64,000 nucleotides of DNA, taken from assembly GCA_963835065.1 (NCBI GenBank), contig CAWIEK010000002.1, forward strand, positions 32,001-96,000. Reading direction: 5' to 3'. Position numbers and translations under genes: made by a program. The number at the start of each line of letters is the position of its first letter. Position 1 is the stretch's first letter. Below are positions 29,159-38,644 of the stretch, piece by piece. This DNA comes from an uncultured Chthonomonadaceae bacterium. GTDB lineage: Bacteria > Armatimonadota > Chthonomonadetes > Chthonomonadales > Chthonomonadaceae. The notes beneath the pieces were generated by a model that saw nothing but the letters and a program-made list of their open reading frames with translations, was not told the DNA's origin and did not search any database.

Positions 29159-29527
29159 ATGATTGCCGAATGGACGCCGCCAGGATGGGTGTATAATTGT
29201 TTTCCCCTGCCTGCGCCTGATACGGAAGTGGTCACGCTGGATTATATTGTGGCTGCCATGTACGCAGAAATAGACCGGTGTACGGAGTGGGACAGCGCGC
29301 CGCTTGGAAGAGTGCTGCACGTCGCCCACATGCTGGTCAGTTATCAAGGGGCGGATGGACTATGGGCGGCGGCGCTGAACCTGCGCACAGGCGAAGAAAA
29401 AACATTGGCGCGCAGCCATGCTCCACGCGATTTCATGCGCCGTTTGAACGAAATTCTTGATTCAACAGAGTTCGATATTCCAATTCGCCGTATCGAAGCA
29501 GGAATATCCGCGCAGAAAACAGAATAA
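29159..29527 (+). CDS. Hypothetical protein
   Basis: 122-aa ORF whose GGTGAGG SD comes from the repeat end. Confidence 0.55.
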   Translation: MIAEWTPPGWVYNCFPLPAPDTEVVTLDYIVAAMYAEIDRCTEWDSAPLGRVLHVAHMLVSYQGADGLWAAALNLRTGEEKTLARSHAPRDFMRRLNEILDSTEFDIPIRRIEAGISAQKTE

Positions 29528-29672
29528 CCATTCAGAACAATTTAACAACTGCGGTGTCAAAGGGAATGAACACCCTGATTGACCCATGTTTTCTCTGAAG
29601 GTTCTTTTCTGGATTCTTTCCTACGGAGTGTTTTGTAAGCCGCGCCTGAAAGCGCAAAAGGAGTGTACGCAG

Positions 29673-30734
29673 ATGCAATTCGACGATCAACTCAACCACT
29701 TCAAGCAGCAAAGCAAAGAGTCGCCGCTTTCCCGCCGCGATTTTGTACGCGCGCTTTCCATTGCCGGCGCGGCGGGGCCGGGACTTGTGGCCGCCGGCCT
29801 GACGGGGCTTGCCCTCACGCCTGCACAGCGCGCCGAAGCCGCGGAAGCTATGGCCGAGGGGTTGGGCAAACTTCCCAAAGTGAAATTCGGGACGCGCATG
29901 GGCAACATGATGGTCGCGCCCATCTGCATTTCGCAGGACTGGAGCCGCGAACTGCTGGCTCCCGCCATTGACATCGGCATCAACTTCATTCACAAAGCCG
30001 GGTACTGGAACAACCTGCCCGAAGACATCAAGAAGCTGCCGCGCGAATCCTACTACACCGACATCACGGTAGACACCACCAGCCCCAACCGCGACCCCGA
30101 TAACTTTGACGAAGCCTACAATCAGGTCAAGTCCACGCTGGACAAGAATGGCCTGAAATACTACGATGTGTACCGCGCGCACTATGGCTGGCGCTCGCCC
30201 GACAAGGTGATGAAGGACAACAATACGTCGTACAAGGCGTTCCTGAAACTGAAGAAAGAGGGACTGGTCAAATACTTCGGCGTGTCCCAGCATCCGTATC
30301 ACGGCGGCGTGGATCGCGAATCTCCCATTCCCAGCTACCCGGAAATGATTAACGCCTGTGTCGATTCGGGCATCATTGACTGTATGCAGGTATGGTTCAG
30401 CTACAATGACGACTATACCAAAGAGGTGCAGGACGCCTTTGCCAGAGCCAGCAAAGCCGGCATCGGCATGACCGCCATGAAGATGAACGCGCATGGCCGG
30501 GGCAAGATGGGCAAGGACGTTGAAAAGCAGAAGGAACTCAAAGCGGACGGCATGGTAGGGCGTTCCCTGGTGCGCTACGTCATGACCGCCAAGCGTCCTG
30601 ACGGCAAGCCCATCTTCCATACCTGCGTGTCCGCCCTGCGCAACGAGCAGAACTTCGAGGAAAATGTCGGCGGCGTCAGCGCGAAGGTTGCCATGCTCGA
30701 TGGCTTCAACGGCTACGCGCAAGGGCTTGCCTGA
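29673..30734 (+). CDS. Tat-exported aldo/keto reductase-like oxidoreductase
   Basis: SRRDFV twin-arginine signal; LKKEGLVKYFGVSQH and GIGMTAMK motifs; AAGGAG SD. Confidence 0.85.
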   Translation: MQFDDQLNHFKQQSKESPLSRRDFVRALSIAGAAGPGLVAAGLTGLALTPAQRAEAAEAMAEGLGKLPKVKFGTRMGNMMVAPICISQDWSRELLAPAIDIGINFIHKAGYWNNLPEDIKKLPRESYYTDITVDTTSPNRDPDNFDEAYNQVKSTLDKNGLKYYDVYRAHYGWRSPDKVMKDNNTSYKAFLKLKKEGLVKYFGVSQHPYHGGVDRESPIPSYPEMINACVDSGIIDCMQVWFSYNDDYTKEVQDAFARASKAGIGMTAMKMNAHGRGKMGKDVEKQKELKADGMVGRSLVRYVMTAKRPDGKPIFHTCVSALRNEQNFEENVGGVSAKVAMLDGFNGYAQGLA

Positions 30735-30745
30735 TCCTCCAGTAT

Positions 30746-30911
30746 AGGCATTAGGCATTAGGCACTAGGCATTAGATAGTAGGCATTAGGAAGCGGGCAC
30801 AACACTTGTGCCCGCTCCTTTTCGTCTGCTGCAATGCGTACAACAGGCATTAGGCACTAGGGAATGGGCAGCAGTTGCAGTCCTTCTAATGCCTAATGCC
30901 TAATGCCTAAT
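30746..30911. repeat. AGGCATT / AATGCCT heptamer inverted pair with internal hairpin
   Basis: AGGCA(T/C)T units at 30746-30790 and 30845-30860; CTAATGC units at 30886-30911; inner GCGGGCACAA/TTGTGCCCGC stem. Lies between convergent genes. Confidence 0.9.
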
Positions 30912-30920
30912 ATCTACCAC

Positions 30921-32162
30921 CTACACCGGTCGTCCGGTCTTGTCGTCAACGTGGTTGCCCGTGATGGTGTCAGCAGCCTTTTCCATGATGCCGCGCGTGT
31001 CGGGAGCGCCGGAGCCGTCTACGGCGTGGCCGCCCGTTTGTACGCCGGGGATGCTGCCTTCAGTGCTTTGCACCGCGCCGGAAGCCGTAGCCGCGATGTC
31101 GCGGGCGGTGTGCCCTGCCGTTGTTCCGGCAGTGCCGAACGTCGTACCCGTTGTAGTGGTCTGTCCGGCGATCTGCTCCACTTCCACATCAGTGCGGCGA
31201 ACGGTGTCGTGAACCGTTTCGGTGCGCTCCGTTGCCTGCTTGCCGACAACCACTTCCTCGACAACGCGGGCTTCTTTGGCGACAACCGGCACTTCCGCCG
31301 TTTCCGTCACTTCAATCACGCCGTCGCGCAGGTTGTTCATTGTTGCCGCGTCTACCGGGCGGTCTACCGCATGGCGCTCCACCGTGACATGCTCTTCGCG
31401 CAGGTTGATGCTTTCCTGAACCGGCGTTTCCGTGACATGGCTGTACACGCGGACGCCGCCGCTCTGCACTTCGCGCTTGCCCAGCGCGATCTGCTCTTCC
31501 ACAACCGGGAGAACCGTTTCGCCTGCCGTGTTTACCGTCTGCGTGGCAATGGGCGCGGTGGCAGTTGTGGTGGTGTTCATGGTTGCGGCAGTGGCAGTGG
31601 TGGCAGCGGCGGCAGCGCCGGGAACATAGCCCTGGCTGCGATACTGCTCTACGCGCTCGTCAATGTTGACCGCGCCATCTTCGCCCAAAATCTCCGCCAC
31701 GCGCTGCGCCTGCTCATCCTGTGAGCGCACGGCCAACAGAATTCCGCCGCGCCGCACGGCCTCGGTATAGTGCTGCGCATCTTCTTCGGGAACGCCGACC
31801 GACGTGAACGCGCCGACAAGTCCGCCGACCGCCGCGCCCGTCGCCGCGCCAAGCAGCATGCCGCCGAGCCAGCCTGCCGTAGCGATCCAGCCAAGTCCGG
31901 GAATAGCAAGCCCGGTCAGGCCAAGCAGCAGTCCCGCGACGCCGCCGATTTCCGCGCCCGCAACCGCGTCGTGGCCGATGGCATGACCGGATACGGACGG
32001 GGTTCCCGTCGTGGTGGTATCGGTTGAGTTCGCGGCATACGCGCCTGTCTCGTTGTTGGCGACGATGCTGATGTCATTGTGGCCGATGCCGGCATTTTCC
32101 AAATCCTGCGCGGCTTTTTTGGCTTCGTCAAACGTGTCGAACAAACCTACGATGGTCTTCAA
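30921..32162 (-). CDS. General stress protein with YsnF/AvaK (DUF2382) domain
   Basis: TIVGLFD, Gly-rich TM hairpin, GVPEEDA..Y.EAVRRGG, LPVVEEQI..GKR and VVAKEARVVEEVVVGK motifs. Confidence 0.9.
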   Translation of the reverse strand: MKTIVGLFDTFDEAKKAAQDLENAGIGHNDISIVANNETGAYAANSTDTTTTGTPSVSGHAIGHDAVAGAEIGGVAGLLLGLTGLAIPGLGWIATAGWLGGMLLGAATGAAVGGLVGAFTSVGVPEEDAQHYTEAVRRGGILLAVRSQDEQAQRVAEILGEDGAVNIDERVEQYRSQGYVPGAAAAATTATAATMNTTTTATAPIATQTVNTAGETVLPVVEEQIALGKREVQSGGVRVYSHVTETPVQESINLREEHVTVERHAVDRPVDAATMNNLRDGVIEVTETAEVPVVAKEARVVEEVVVGKQATERTETVHDTVRRTDVEVEQIAGQTTTTGTTFGTAGTTAGHTARDIAATASGAVQSTEGSIPGVQTGGHAVDGSGAPDTRGIMEKAADTITGNHVDDKTGRPV

Positions 32163-32291
32163 TTTGTTTCTCCTTGCGTGGGGTCATACGCGGCATCTAG
32201 GGCCGCCAGATACATGCGCAGCAATTCAGGCTGCGGGCTGTTACTGCATATTGCTCCTCAACAGGCGTGTCCGTTCCGAGCAGATCAGCCT

Positions 32292-32501
32292 TTAAGGACG
32301 GGCGGCGGACTTTCCTGCCGGAGCGGGCCGCGTGTTCTCGCTGGCGGCGGGTTCGCTGTGACTGCTGCTGTAAATCCGGTACGCGCCAAAAGCCAGCACC
32401 AGAATAATCAGCAAGGCCAGCACCAGCGCCAGGGGCGCAGGGCCTTTTTTCTCCGGGCGGTCATACACTTTCACATTGGATGTGGATTGTGGGTCGGACA
32501 T
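32292..32501 (-). CDS. Small single-TM protein
   Basis: VKVYDRPEKK followed by a hydrophobic helix. Confidence 0.6.
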   Translation of the reverse strand: MSDPQSTSNVKVYDRPEKKGPAPLALVLALLIILVLAFGAYRIYSSSHSEPAASENTRPAPAGKSAARP

Positions 32502-32912
32502 TCGAGTTTCGCTTTCCAACGCTCATAAGACATCTGAACAAAGACTGTCTTCCAGGCAGCGTTAATTGCCCTGATACCAGCATCCATCGCCTTAACGCAA
32601 GCGCTGCAAGCCAGGCGTTTGAAAACGCCAGGCACAAAGCAGGCCAGGTAACAATCCTACACAATCAACCGGCGAAAAATGATCGGAATGGATTTGCAAC
32701 GATAAATTGCAACAATGGACTTGCAGCAAACGGAGAACGGTTATGCTCTCATTATGCGGCGCGATTGCGAATGTCGCTTGCGCTTCGGTGCAGAACATTC
32801 AGGAGACGCCCAATTCTATTCAAAGGTTCCGCAACATTATAGGGGCGAAAACAGGAATGTTTTCGCCCCTGGCTCAATGCGCCGACAAGGGTTGAGGCGC
32901 GAAAACTGCGTC

Positions 32913-33326
32913 TCAGCGCCCGCCCCCGGAGGCATTTCCTCCACTTCCGGCTGTGCCCGTTCCCTCGGTTCCCATGCTGGCGCCACTGGTTCCACTGCCG
33001 CCCGTGCTGGTCGCGCCCGTACTGCTTGTGCCCCCGGTTCCTGTCGTATTGCCCATGCCTGCCGCGCTGCCGGAACTGCTCGTACCGCCCGATCCACTGT
33101 TGGCGCTTCCTCTGGTGTTTGCGCTTCCTCCGGTTCCCCCGGCTGCCGGGCCGTCTTGATTGGCTTTGGACTGCGTATACTGGCGATCCGTCGTGCCGCT
33201 CATGGAACCCATAGACGAGTTGCCTCCCGTATCATCCGAACCGTGCGAACAGCCACCCACTGCGACTAAACTAACAGCCAGGCAAAGTCCAAGCCTGCGG
33301 CAAACATTCCCATTTTGGTTTCTCAT
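32913..33326 (-). CDS. Gly/Ser/Thr-rich lipoprotein
   Basis: Lipobox-like LVAVGGC followed by a low-complexity hydrophilic tail. Confidence 0.7.
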   Translation of the reverse strand: MRNQNGNVCRRLGLCLAVSLVAVGGCSHGSDDTGGNSSMGSMSGTTDRQYTQSKANQDGPAAGGTGGSANTRGSANSGSGGTSSSGSAAGMGNTTGTGGTSSTGATSTGGSGTSGASMGTEGTGTAGSGGNASGGGR

Positions 33327-33638
33327 GTGTGTCTCCATTTCTCCTGCCATTTTAGATAAGAGACGACGATTTACAATTGTTCTTCTTATCCACAACAAGC
33401 GCTTTTTCAAAACACGTATTTTAACGGAATTCAGTTCGCGGCGATGGATACATTTTCCCTGCGCCCCAGCTTTAATCGCGGCGGCTATACCAAAAAGGTA
33501 AGAGGAAATACATCATTCGTTTATAATGTTTTCTCTTCCCGCCCGTTATATCAGGGTAACGCTGTCGCCAACCTCCCTATTCAGGCCCGGCAGCTATCGG
33601 GCGTACCCCTCAGCCGCCCCAAGAAGGAGTCAGATTTC

Positions 33639-34574
33639 GTGAATAACCTACCGAATGAACAGGATGTACAAGATGTACTGGAACTGCAACGCTTACGCAA
33701 AAACAATTCCCGGCGCGACCTGCTGCGCGGCCTGAGCGTGGGCGCCGTTGCCGCGCTTGGTGGCCTTGCAGCTAGCGGCTGCAGCTCCAAGCACGACAGC
33801 AACAATACCGGAACCGTCAATAACGGTGGAACGCCCGGCACGGCGCGGGACATAGACATCCTCAACTTTGCGCTGAATTTGGAGTATCTGGAAGCCGAGT
33901 TCTACACGTATGCTACGACCGGCGGGGGCATCGAAGCGCAGGGCATTGCCACCACCGGGCAAAACGGAACCGGCGGCAGCGCGCCAACGGGAACGACGAC
34001 CGGCGGCATCAAGGCGAATTTCGATAACAGCACCCTTGCAACGGTGGCCGCGCAGCTTGCCGATGATGAGCGCAAGCACGTGACGGATTTGCGCAGTACC
34101 ATTGTTTCGCTGGGCGGTGTCCCGGTTGCCAAGCCCAATATCTACCTGGGCGCGCTGGGCGTACAGGGCGTGGACATCAGCACAACCAAAGGATTTCTGA
34201 TTGCCTCGCGCGCCTTTGAAGACACCGGCGTGAGCGCCTACGGCGGCGCGGCGCGATACATCAGCAACAAAGATATCCTCCGCGCTTCGGCGCGTATCCT
34301 GGCGACCGAAAGCTACCATGCGGCCAACATCCGGCTGCAAATTTCGCAGCGCAGCATTGCCGACCCGCCCACGGACAACCTGGATGTGCCGCCGCCACCC
34401 ACCGGCCAGTTGTATTTCGCCGTAGACAGCAACGCGCTGGCGATTATCCGCACTCCCCGGCAGGTGCTTAACATCGTTCTGGGCGCGCCCGCCGGCAGTA
34501 CCACCGTGACCACAGGAGGCTTCTTCCCGAACGGAACCAACGCCAACCTTGCCACGCTAACGTCACTGGTTTAA
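33639..34574 (+). CDS. Ferritin-like domain protein (desiccation-associated type), Tat/lipoprotein signal
   Basis: SRRDLL..C; DILNFALNLEYLEAEFY, DERKHV, FEDTGVSAYGGAA and ESYHA di-metal motifs. Confidence 0.9.
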   Translation: MNNLPNEQDVQDVLELQRLRKNNSRRDLLRGLSVGAVAALGGLAASGCSSKHDSNNTGTVNNGGTPGTARDIDILNFALNLEYLEAEFYTYATTGGGIEAQGIATTGQNGTGGSAPTGTTTGGIKANFDNSTLATVAAQLADDERKHVTDLRSTIVSLGGVPVAKPNIYLGALGVQGVDISTTKGFLIASRAFEDTGVSAYGGAARYISNKDILRASARILATESYHAANIRLQISQRSIADPPTDNLDVPPPPTGQLYFAVDSNALAIIRTPRQVLNIVLGAPAGSTTVTTGGFFPNGTNANLATLTSLV

Positions 34575-34696
34575 TCTGTCGGTATTCGGTGTTCGGTATT
34601 TGGTATTCGGAGGGGAGCGAACAAAGCTGAAAGCTGCATCTTTCCTTATCCCTGACCATTTACCACTTACCCCTTATTCCTTTTGGAGATTTAGCT

Positions 34697-35662
34697 TTGA
34701 AATATAACGAACAACAAACGCGCGTGGAGCGCGTGGAAGAAGAATTGATACAGGACGTTTTGAGCGATGCGGAGCGCGCCCAAACCCTGGAAACCCTGTT
34801 GTCGCGCCGTACCGTGCTGCGCGGATTAAGCGGCGGTACGCTGGCATTGATGGCCGGCGCGGCTCTGACCGGCGCGGAGCAAGCGGCCCAGGCCAAGCCC
34901 GGCTTCGGGGGAATAACCCGCGACACGAATCTTGACATTGCGATTCTGAATTTCGCGCTTCATGCCGAATACCTGGAAGGCGAGTTTTATACTTATGCCT
35001 TCACGGGCAAGGGCATGACCGCAAACGGCATTGATGTCACCGGCGTGGATGGCAGCGGCAACCCGGTTGCGGTTGGCCCGACAGCCGGCGGCACGGCAAT
35101 CAACTTCACGGATGCGGGCGTAAAGTCGGTGGGCAACAATATATGGCAGGATGAACTCAAGCACATCGCTTTCATCCGCAGCACGATTGTCTCGCTTGGC
35201 GGCAAGCCGATTGCCAAGCCGCCGCAGAACCTGGCGGCATTGGCAACGCAATTGAACCTTGACCCGGCTTCGCAGGCTCACTTCCTGATCGGGGGCCGCT
35301 CCTTCTGCGACACCGGCACATCGGCGTATTGTGGCACGTCCAAATACCTGACCACGCCCGCCGTTATTGAGGGCGCGGCGCGAATCCTGGCGGTGGAAGC
35401 ATTCCACGCGGGCGCGCTCCGCCTGCAAATCGCGCAGATGAATATCACGGCTCCGGCCCTGGACAACCTGGACGTGCCGCCGCCGCCGGCAAACGCCAAC
35501 TTCTTCACGGTGGATGCCACGACTGCGTTTGCCATCAGCCGCAGCGCGCGCCAGGTACTCAACATTCTGTTCCTGACGCCCAACAGCACCAACTCCACGT
35601 CCGGCGGCTTCTACCCGCAGGGCGTGTACGGCAGCATTCCCACACTGGAAACACTGGTGTAG
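34697..35662 (+). CDS. Ferritin-like domain protein paralog, Tat signal
   Basis: SRRTVL; ILNFALHAEYLEGEFY, DELKHI and EAFHA motifs. Confidence 0.88.
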   Translation: MKYNEQQTRVERVEEELIQDVLSDAERAQTLETLLSRRTVLRGLSGGTLALMAGAALTGAEQAAQAKPGFGGITRDTNLDIAILNFALHAEYLEGEFYTYAFTGKGMTANGIDVTGVDGSGNPVAVGPTAGGTAINFTDAGVKSVGNNIWQDELKHIAFIRSTIVSLGGKPIAKPPQNLAALATQLNLDPASQAHFLIGGRSFCDTGTSAYCGTSKYLTTPAVIEGAARILAVEAFHAGALRLQIAQMNITAPALDNLDVPPPPANANFFTVDATTAFAISRSARQVLNILFLTPNSTNSTSGGFYPQGVYGSIPTLETLV

Positions 35663-35693
35663 CCGTTCGTCGCTTGCATTGATGCACAAAACT

Positions 35694-35752
35694 ACGAGCC
35701 TGCCGAATTTGCAAAGAGTTCCTTCTTTGCAAGTTCGGCAGGCTTGTCGTTT
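35694..35752 (+). terminator. Hairpin terminator
   Basis: ACGAGCCTGCCGAATTTGCAAAGA / TCTTTGCAAGTTCGGCAGGCTTGT stem downstream of the ferritin pair. Confidence 0.6.
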
Positions 35753-35777
35753 AGCATTTAACGCGGCGGTGTTTAGC

Positions 35778-35903
35778 GCCTATCCCAATTGGCCGGGTAC
35801 TGAAAGTACCCGGCAGGAAAAAACAATCGTCCTACAGACGCACCTCTGTAGGACGATTGTACTTTGGTGCCGGGTACTTTGTACCCGGCCAATTGGGATA
35901 GGC
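35778..35903. repeat. REPIN-like palindromic element
   Basis: Perfect terminal IR GCCTATCCCAATTGGCCGGGTAC, two GCCGGGTAC..GTACCCGGC palindromes, and a central AATCGTCCTACAGA/TCTGTAGGACGATT hairpin. Confidence 0.85.
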
Positions 35904-35925
35904 TCCTGGCAGCGAAATGCCCGTT

Positions 35926-36738
35926 TTAACTGACGCGCTTCAGCAGGCTTTTCCAGCGTTTCCAGGCGTCGTCACGGGCTTTTTTGTTGTCGGGGCTGGC
36001 ATCGGGGGCTTCGCCGGCGCGCATAAAGCCGTGTCCCGCGCCCTCATACGTGACCGGTTCATACGTCTTTTTGGTCTTTTTGGTCAGGTCTTTGGTCGCC
36101 GGGATGGTGGCGCCGATGCGAGCGTCATTGCCGGCATAAAAGCCGTACACCGGGCACGAAATGCGGGCCATATCCTCTTCGGCTGTCGGTCCCTGCCCGT
36201 AGAAGACAAAAGCCGCTTTGAGATTCTTGTTGTTCGTGGCAAACCGAAACGACTGCCCTCCGCCCCAGCAGAACCCGGCCACCACGACTTTGCCGTTGCA
36301 GGCAGGCAGTTTGGTGACGTAATCCGTGACGGCGTTGAGATCGGCGGTCACTTGTTCGGGCGGCAGCATGGAGATATACTTCACCGCCTCATTTTGCCCG
36401 CCGAGTTCCGCCGTGCCGCCCCCGCCGGGAGCCAGGCCGGAAAGCAGGTCGGGCGCAATGGCGATATATCCGGCTTCCGCCAGCTGATCCGCCACGCCCT
36501 TGACCCAATCGCTCAAGCCGAAAATCTCATGAACGATGACAACGGCCATCGCCTTGTTCTTCACTTCGGGATAAACCACGAAACTCTGCACTTCCCGCGT
36601 TCCCTGCTTGATCTTGACCCATTCCTGATGACGCGGCGATTTTTCCAGCCGCGCTTTGGCCCAATCCTGCGCCATTGACGGCCTGCCCGCCACAAAAAGC
36701 AGGGCACACACGGCCAGCAAACTCAATACTCGGTTCAT
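35926..36738 (-). CDS. Dienelactone hydrolase family protein
   Basis: HEIFGL, GFCWGG nucleophile and GAGHGF motifs; signal peptide. Confidence 0.92.
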   Translation of the reverse strand: MNRVLSLLAVCALLFVAGRPSMAQDWAKARLEKSPRHQEWVKIKQGTREVQSFVVYPEVKNKAMAVVIVHEIFGLSDWVKGVADQLAEAGYIAIAPDLLSGLAPGGGGTAELGGQNEAVKYISMLPPEQVTADLNAVTDYVTKLPACNGKVVVAGFCWGGGQSFRFATNNKNLKAAFVFYGQGPTAEEDMARISCPVYGFYAGNDARIGATIPATKDLTKKTKKTYEPVTYEGAGHGFMRAGEAPDASPDNKKARDDAWKRWKSLLKRVS

Positions 36739-36936
36739 TGCGTCTCCTTCCGATGTCAGGGATACTTGCTCTGACTGCTTCATTCTTTATTCTACCCGCG
36801 TTTACCCAGGAACACAGTCCGTTCAAAACAGAATGAACAATTTCGGACTTCCCGGCGTCTCAACGTCATTCCCCGTTTGATTGGAAAGACAGACAGGCTT
36901 TGTCGTTCGCTACCAGAAATTAAGGAGTTCCGCGCA

Positions 36937-37329
36937 ATGGCACACATCGTTTTTTTTCGCCGCCAGAGTCGCGGCTTTACGCTCGTTGAACTGCTCGTTG
37001 TCACCCTGATACTGTCCATTCTGATGGCGGTTGCCTTGCCTTTGTACATCAGCGCGGTTACGGACAGCCGCAAAAAAACCAACCGCACTAACATGCAAAG
37101 CATTGCGACAGCGGTACAGTCTGCCTACACGGTCGGGCAAAAGACGGATTATTCCAGTTTCGCGGGCGGTATTTCCAGCGCCAAAGAACCGGATTTACAG
37201 ACACTTCCCATTGGGCCGAGCGGGGAAACTTACAGCATCACGGTTCCCGGCGCAAACGGCGGGCCGTTCATGGTGACATGTTCCGACCCGAACGCAGGCA
37301 CGTTTGAACCCGGTTACGATCACAAGTAA
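36937..37329 (+). CDS. Type IV pilin-like protein (prepilin N-terminal cleavage/methylation)
   Basis: RGFTLVELLVV..IL.ILMAVALP motif; AAGGAG SD. Confidence 0.9.
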   Translation: MAHIVFFRRQSRGFTLVELLVVTLILSILMAVALPLYISAVTDSRKKTNRTNMQSIATAVQSAYTVGQKTDYSSFAGGISSAKEPDLQTLPIGPSGETYSITVPGANGGPFMVTCSDPNAGTFEPGYDHK

Positions 37330-37461
37330 CTTTTCGATCATCGCGCCGCCCCGCTTTATCAAAATCCCCCATAAATGCGACATAATAATGCGAAATGGAG
37401 TGGTCAAGTTGACCCAAAGATTTCGCTTTAACAAAATCTCGCCCCAACGCGACATAATTAT

Positions 37462-37647
37462 AGCCCGGACGCGCAAGCGCGTCCGGGCTTCAGCAGGCGA
37501 ACAGGCAAGGGCCCGTTCATCACTTGTTGGGTCCACGCAGGCTAGACAGTGTTTTCGCGCCGCGTGAGCAACCGGTTAAAACAGGCTAACCCGCCTGCTC
37601 ACCTCGTTGACTATAATCCATGCTAGTCACCACCTCCTTTTGTGTCA
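37462..37647 (-). ncRNA. Candidate small structured transcript with 11-codon ORF (MDYSQRGEQAG)
   Basis: Own promoter (37653-37681), AAGGAGGTG SD, ATG at 37621, TAG at 37588-37586, complementary segments, and a 13-bp terminal hairpin at 37462-37489. Confidence 0.5.
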
Positions 37648-37652
37648 AAATT

Positions 37653-37681
37653 ATTATCGCAGATACGCGCGAAGTTGTCAA
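37653..37681 (-). promoter_or_regulatory. Sigma70 promoter flanked by TGTCAAAAT/ATTTTGACA inverted repeat
   Basis: Minus-strand TTGACA-17 nt-GATAAT; IR halves at 37643-37651 and 37688-37696. Confidence 0.65.
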
Positions 37682-37843
37682 GTAGATATTTTGACATAAT
37701 TTAGGCAAGGTGTTCAGGTGATCGGTGTTCGGTGTTCGGTGTTTGGGTGTTGGATGCGCTGTTGTTTGTTCGGGCGTAAACTGTGGCTTGGCTTTGGGCA
37801 GGTTTGGGCAGGGGAATACTGGAATATCCGGGATGGCGGAAGC

Positions 37844-38644
37844 ATGAATGAGATAGCGGGCGGGCTGCGAAAATATGTGAAAACGGCGGCTATGGCGGCT
37901 ACGGGCTATCTTGGCGACAATCCCCTGTTTGTGATGGACTATCTGCTGCGGCTGCTGCGCGTGGCCGTGCTGTTGTCCCTGTGGCGCTTGCTGTTGCCGC
38001 GTGGCGATGCGGCTTCCGGGTTCACGCTGTCCCTGCTGCTCACGTATAGCCTGATCGGGGAAGCGTTTGCCGAACAACTGGAAGCGACAACCGATGTGGC
38101 ATGGGCGTTTTGGGACGGCACAATCGCCACGCGCTTCCTCAAGCCCCTCAGCGTGTTCGGGCAGTTTACCGCCGAGATAAGCGGCAAATGGCTGTTTCAT
38201 CTCGCAACATTTTCACTTCCTCTGCTATTGTTGGCTGTTCCCATCGGCGTTCATCCCCTGCCCGCAAGCGTATTCGCCGGACTGCTGTTTGTGCCGAGCC
38301 TGCTGCTTGCCGTTGGCGTGGGACTGGCGCTGGATTTTCTGTTTACCGGCCTTGCCATTGTCTGGCAGTTCCCGCCGTTTGCCATTGAGCGGGTACGCGC
38401 CGCCGTGTCCACGCTGCTGTCGGGCGCGTTTATTCCGCTCGCGCTCTTGCCCTGGCATTTAGGCAAATGGTTCGGCTGGCTGCCGTTCGCGTCTATGGCG
38501 TCCGCTCCCCTGCGCATCTATACAGGAACGGGCAACGCGGCCTGGCTGCTGGTCGCGCAGGCGTTCTGGTGCGTCGCGCTCTGGCCCCTGACGCTGTGGC
38601 TCTGGCGCGTCAATCGTGAAAAGATGGTGGTGTATGAAGGCTAG
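37844..38644 (+). CDS. ABC-2 family (DUF990-type) transporter permease
   Basis: ~6 TM; DGTIA..FLKPLS and LSGAFIPLALLP motifs; first gene of the operon. Confidence 0.85.
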   Translation: MNEIAGGLRKYVKTAAMAATGYLGDNPLFVMDYLLRLLRVAVLLSLWRLLLPRGDAASGFTLSLLLTYSLIGEAFAEQLEATTDVAWAFWDGTIATRFLKPLSVFGQFTAEISGKWLFHLATFSLPLLLLAVPIGVHPLPASVFAGLLFVPSLLLAVGVGLALDFLFTGLAIVWQFPPFAIERVRAAVSTLLSGAFIPLALLPWHLGKWFGWLPFASMASAPLRIYTGTGNAAWLLVAQAFWCVALWPLTLWLWRVNREKMVVYEG

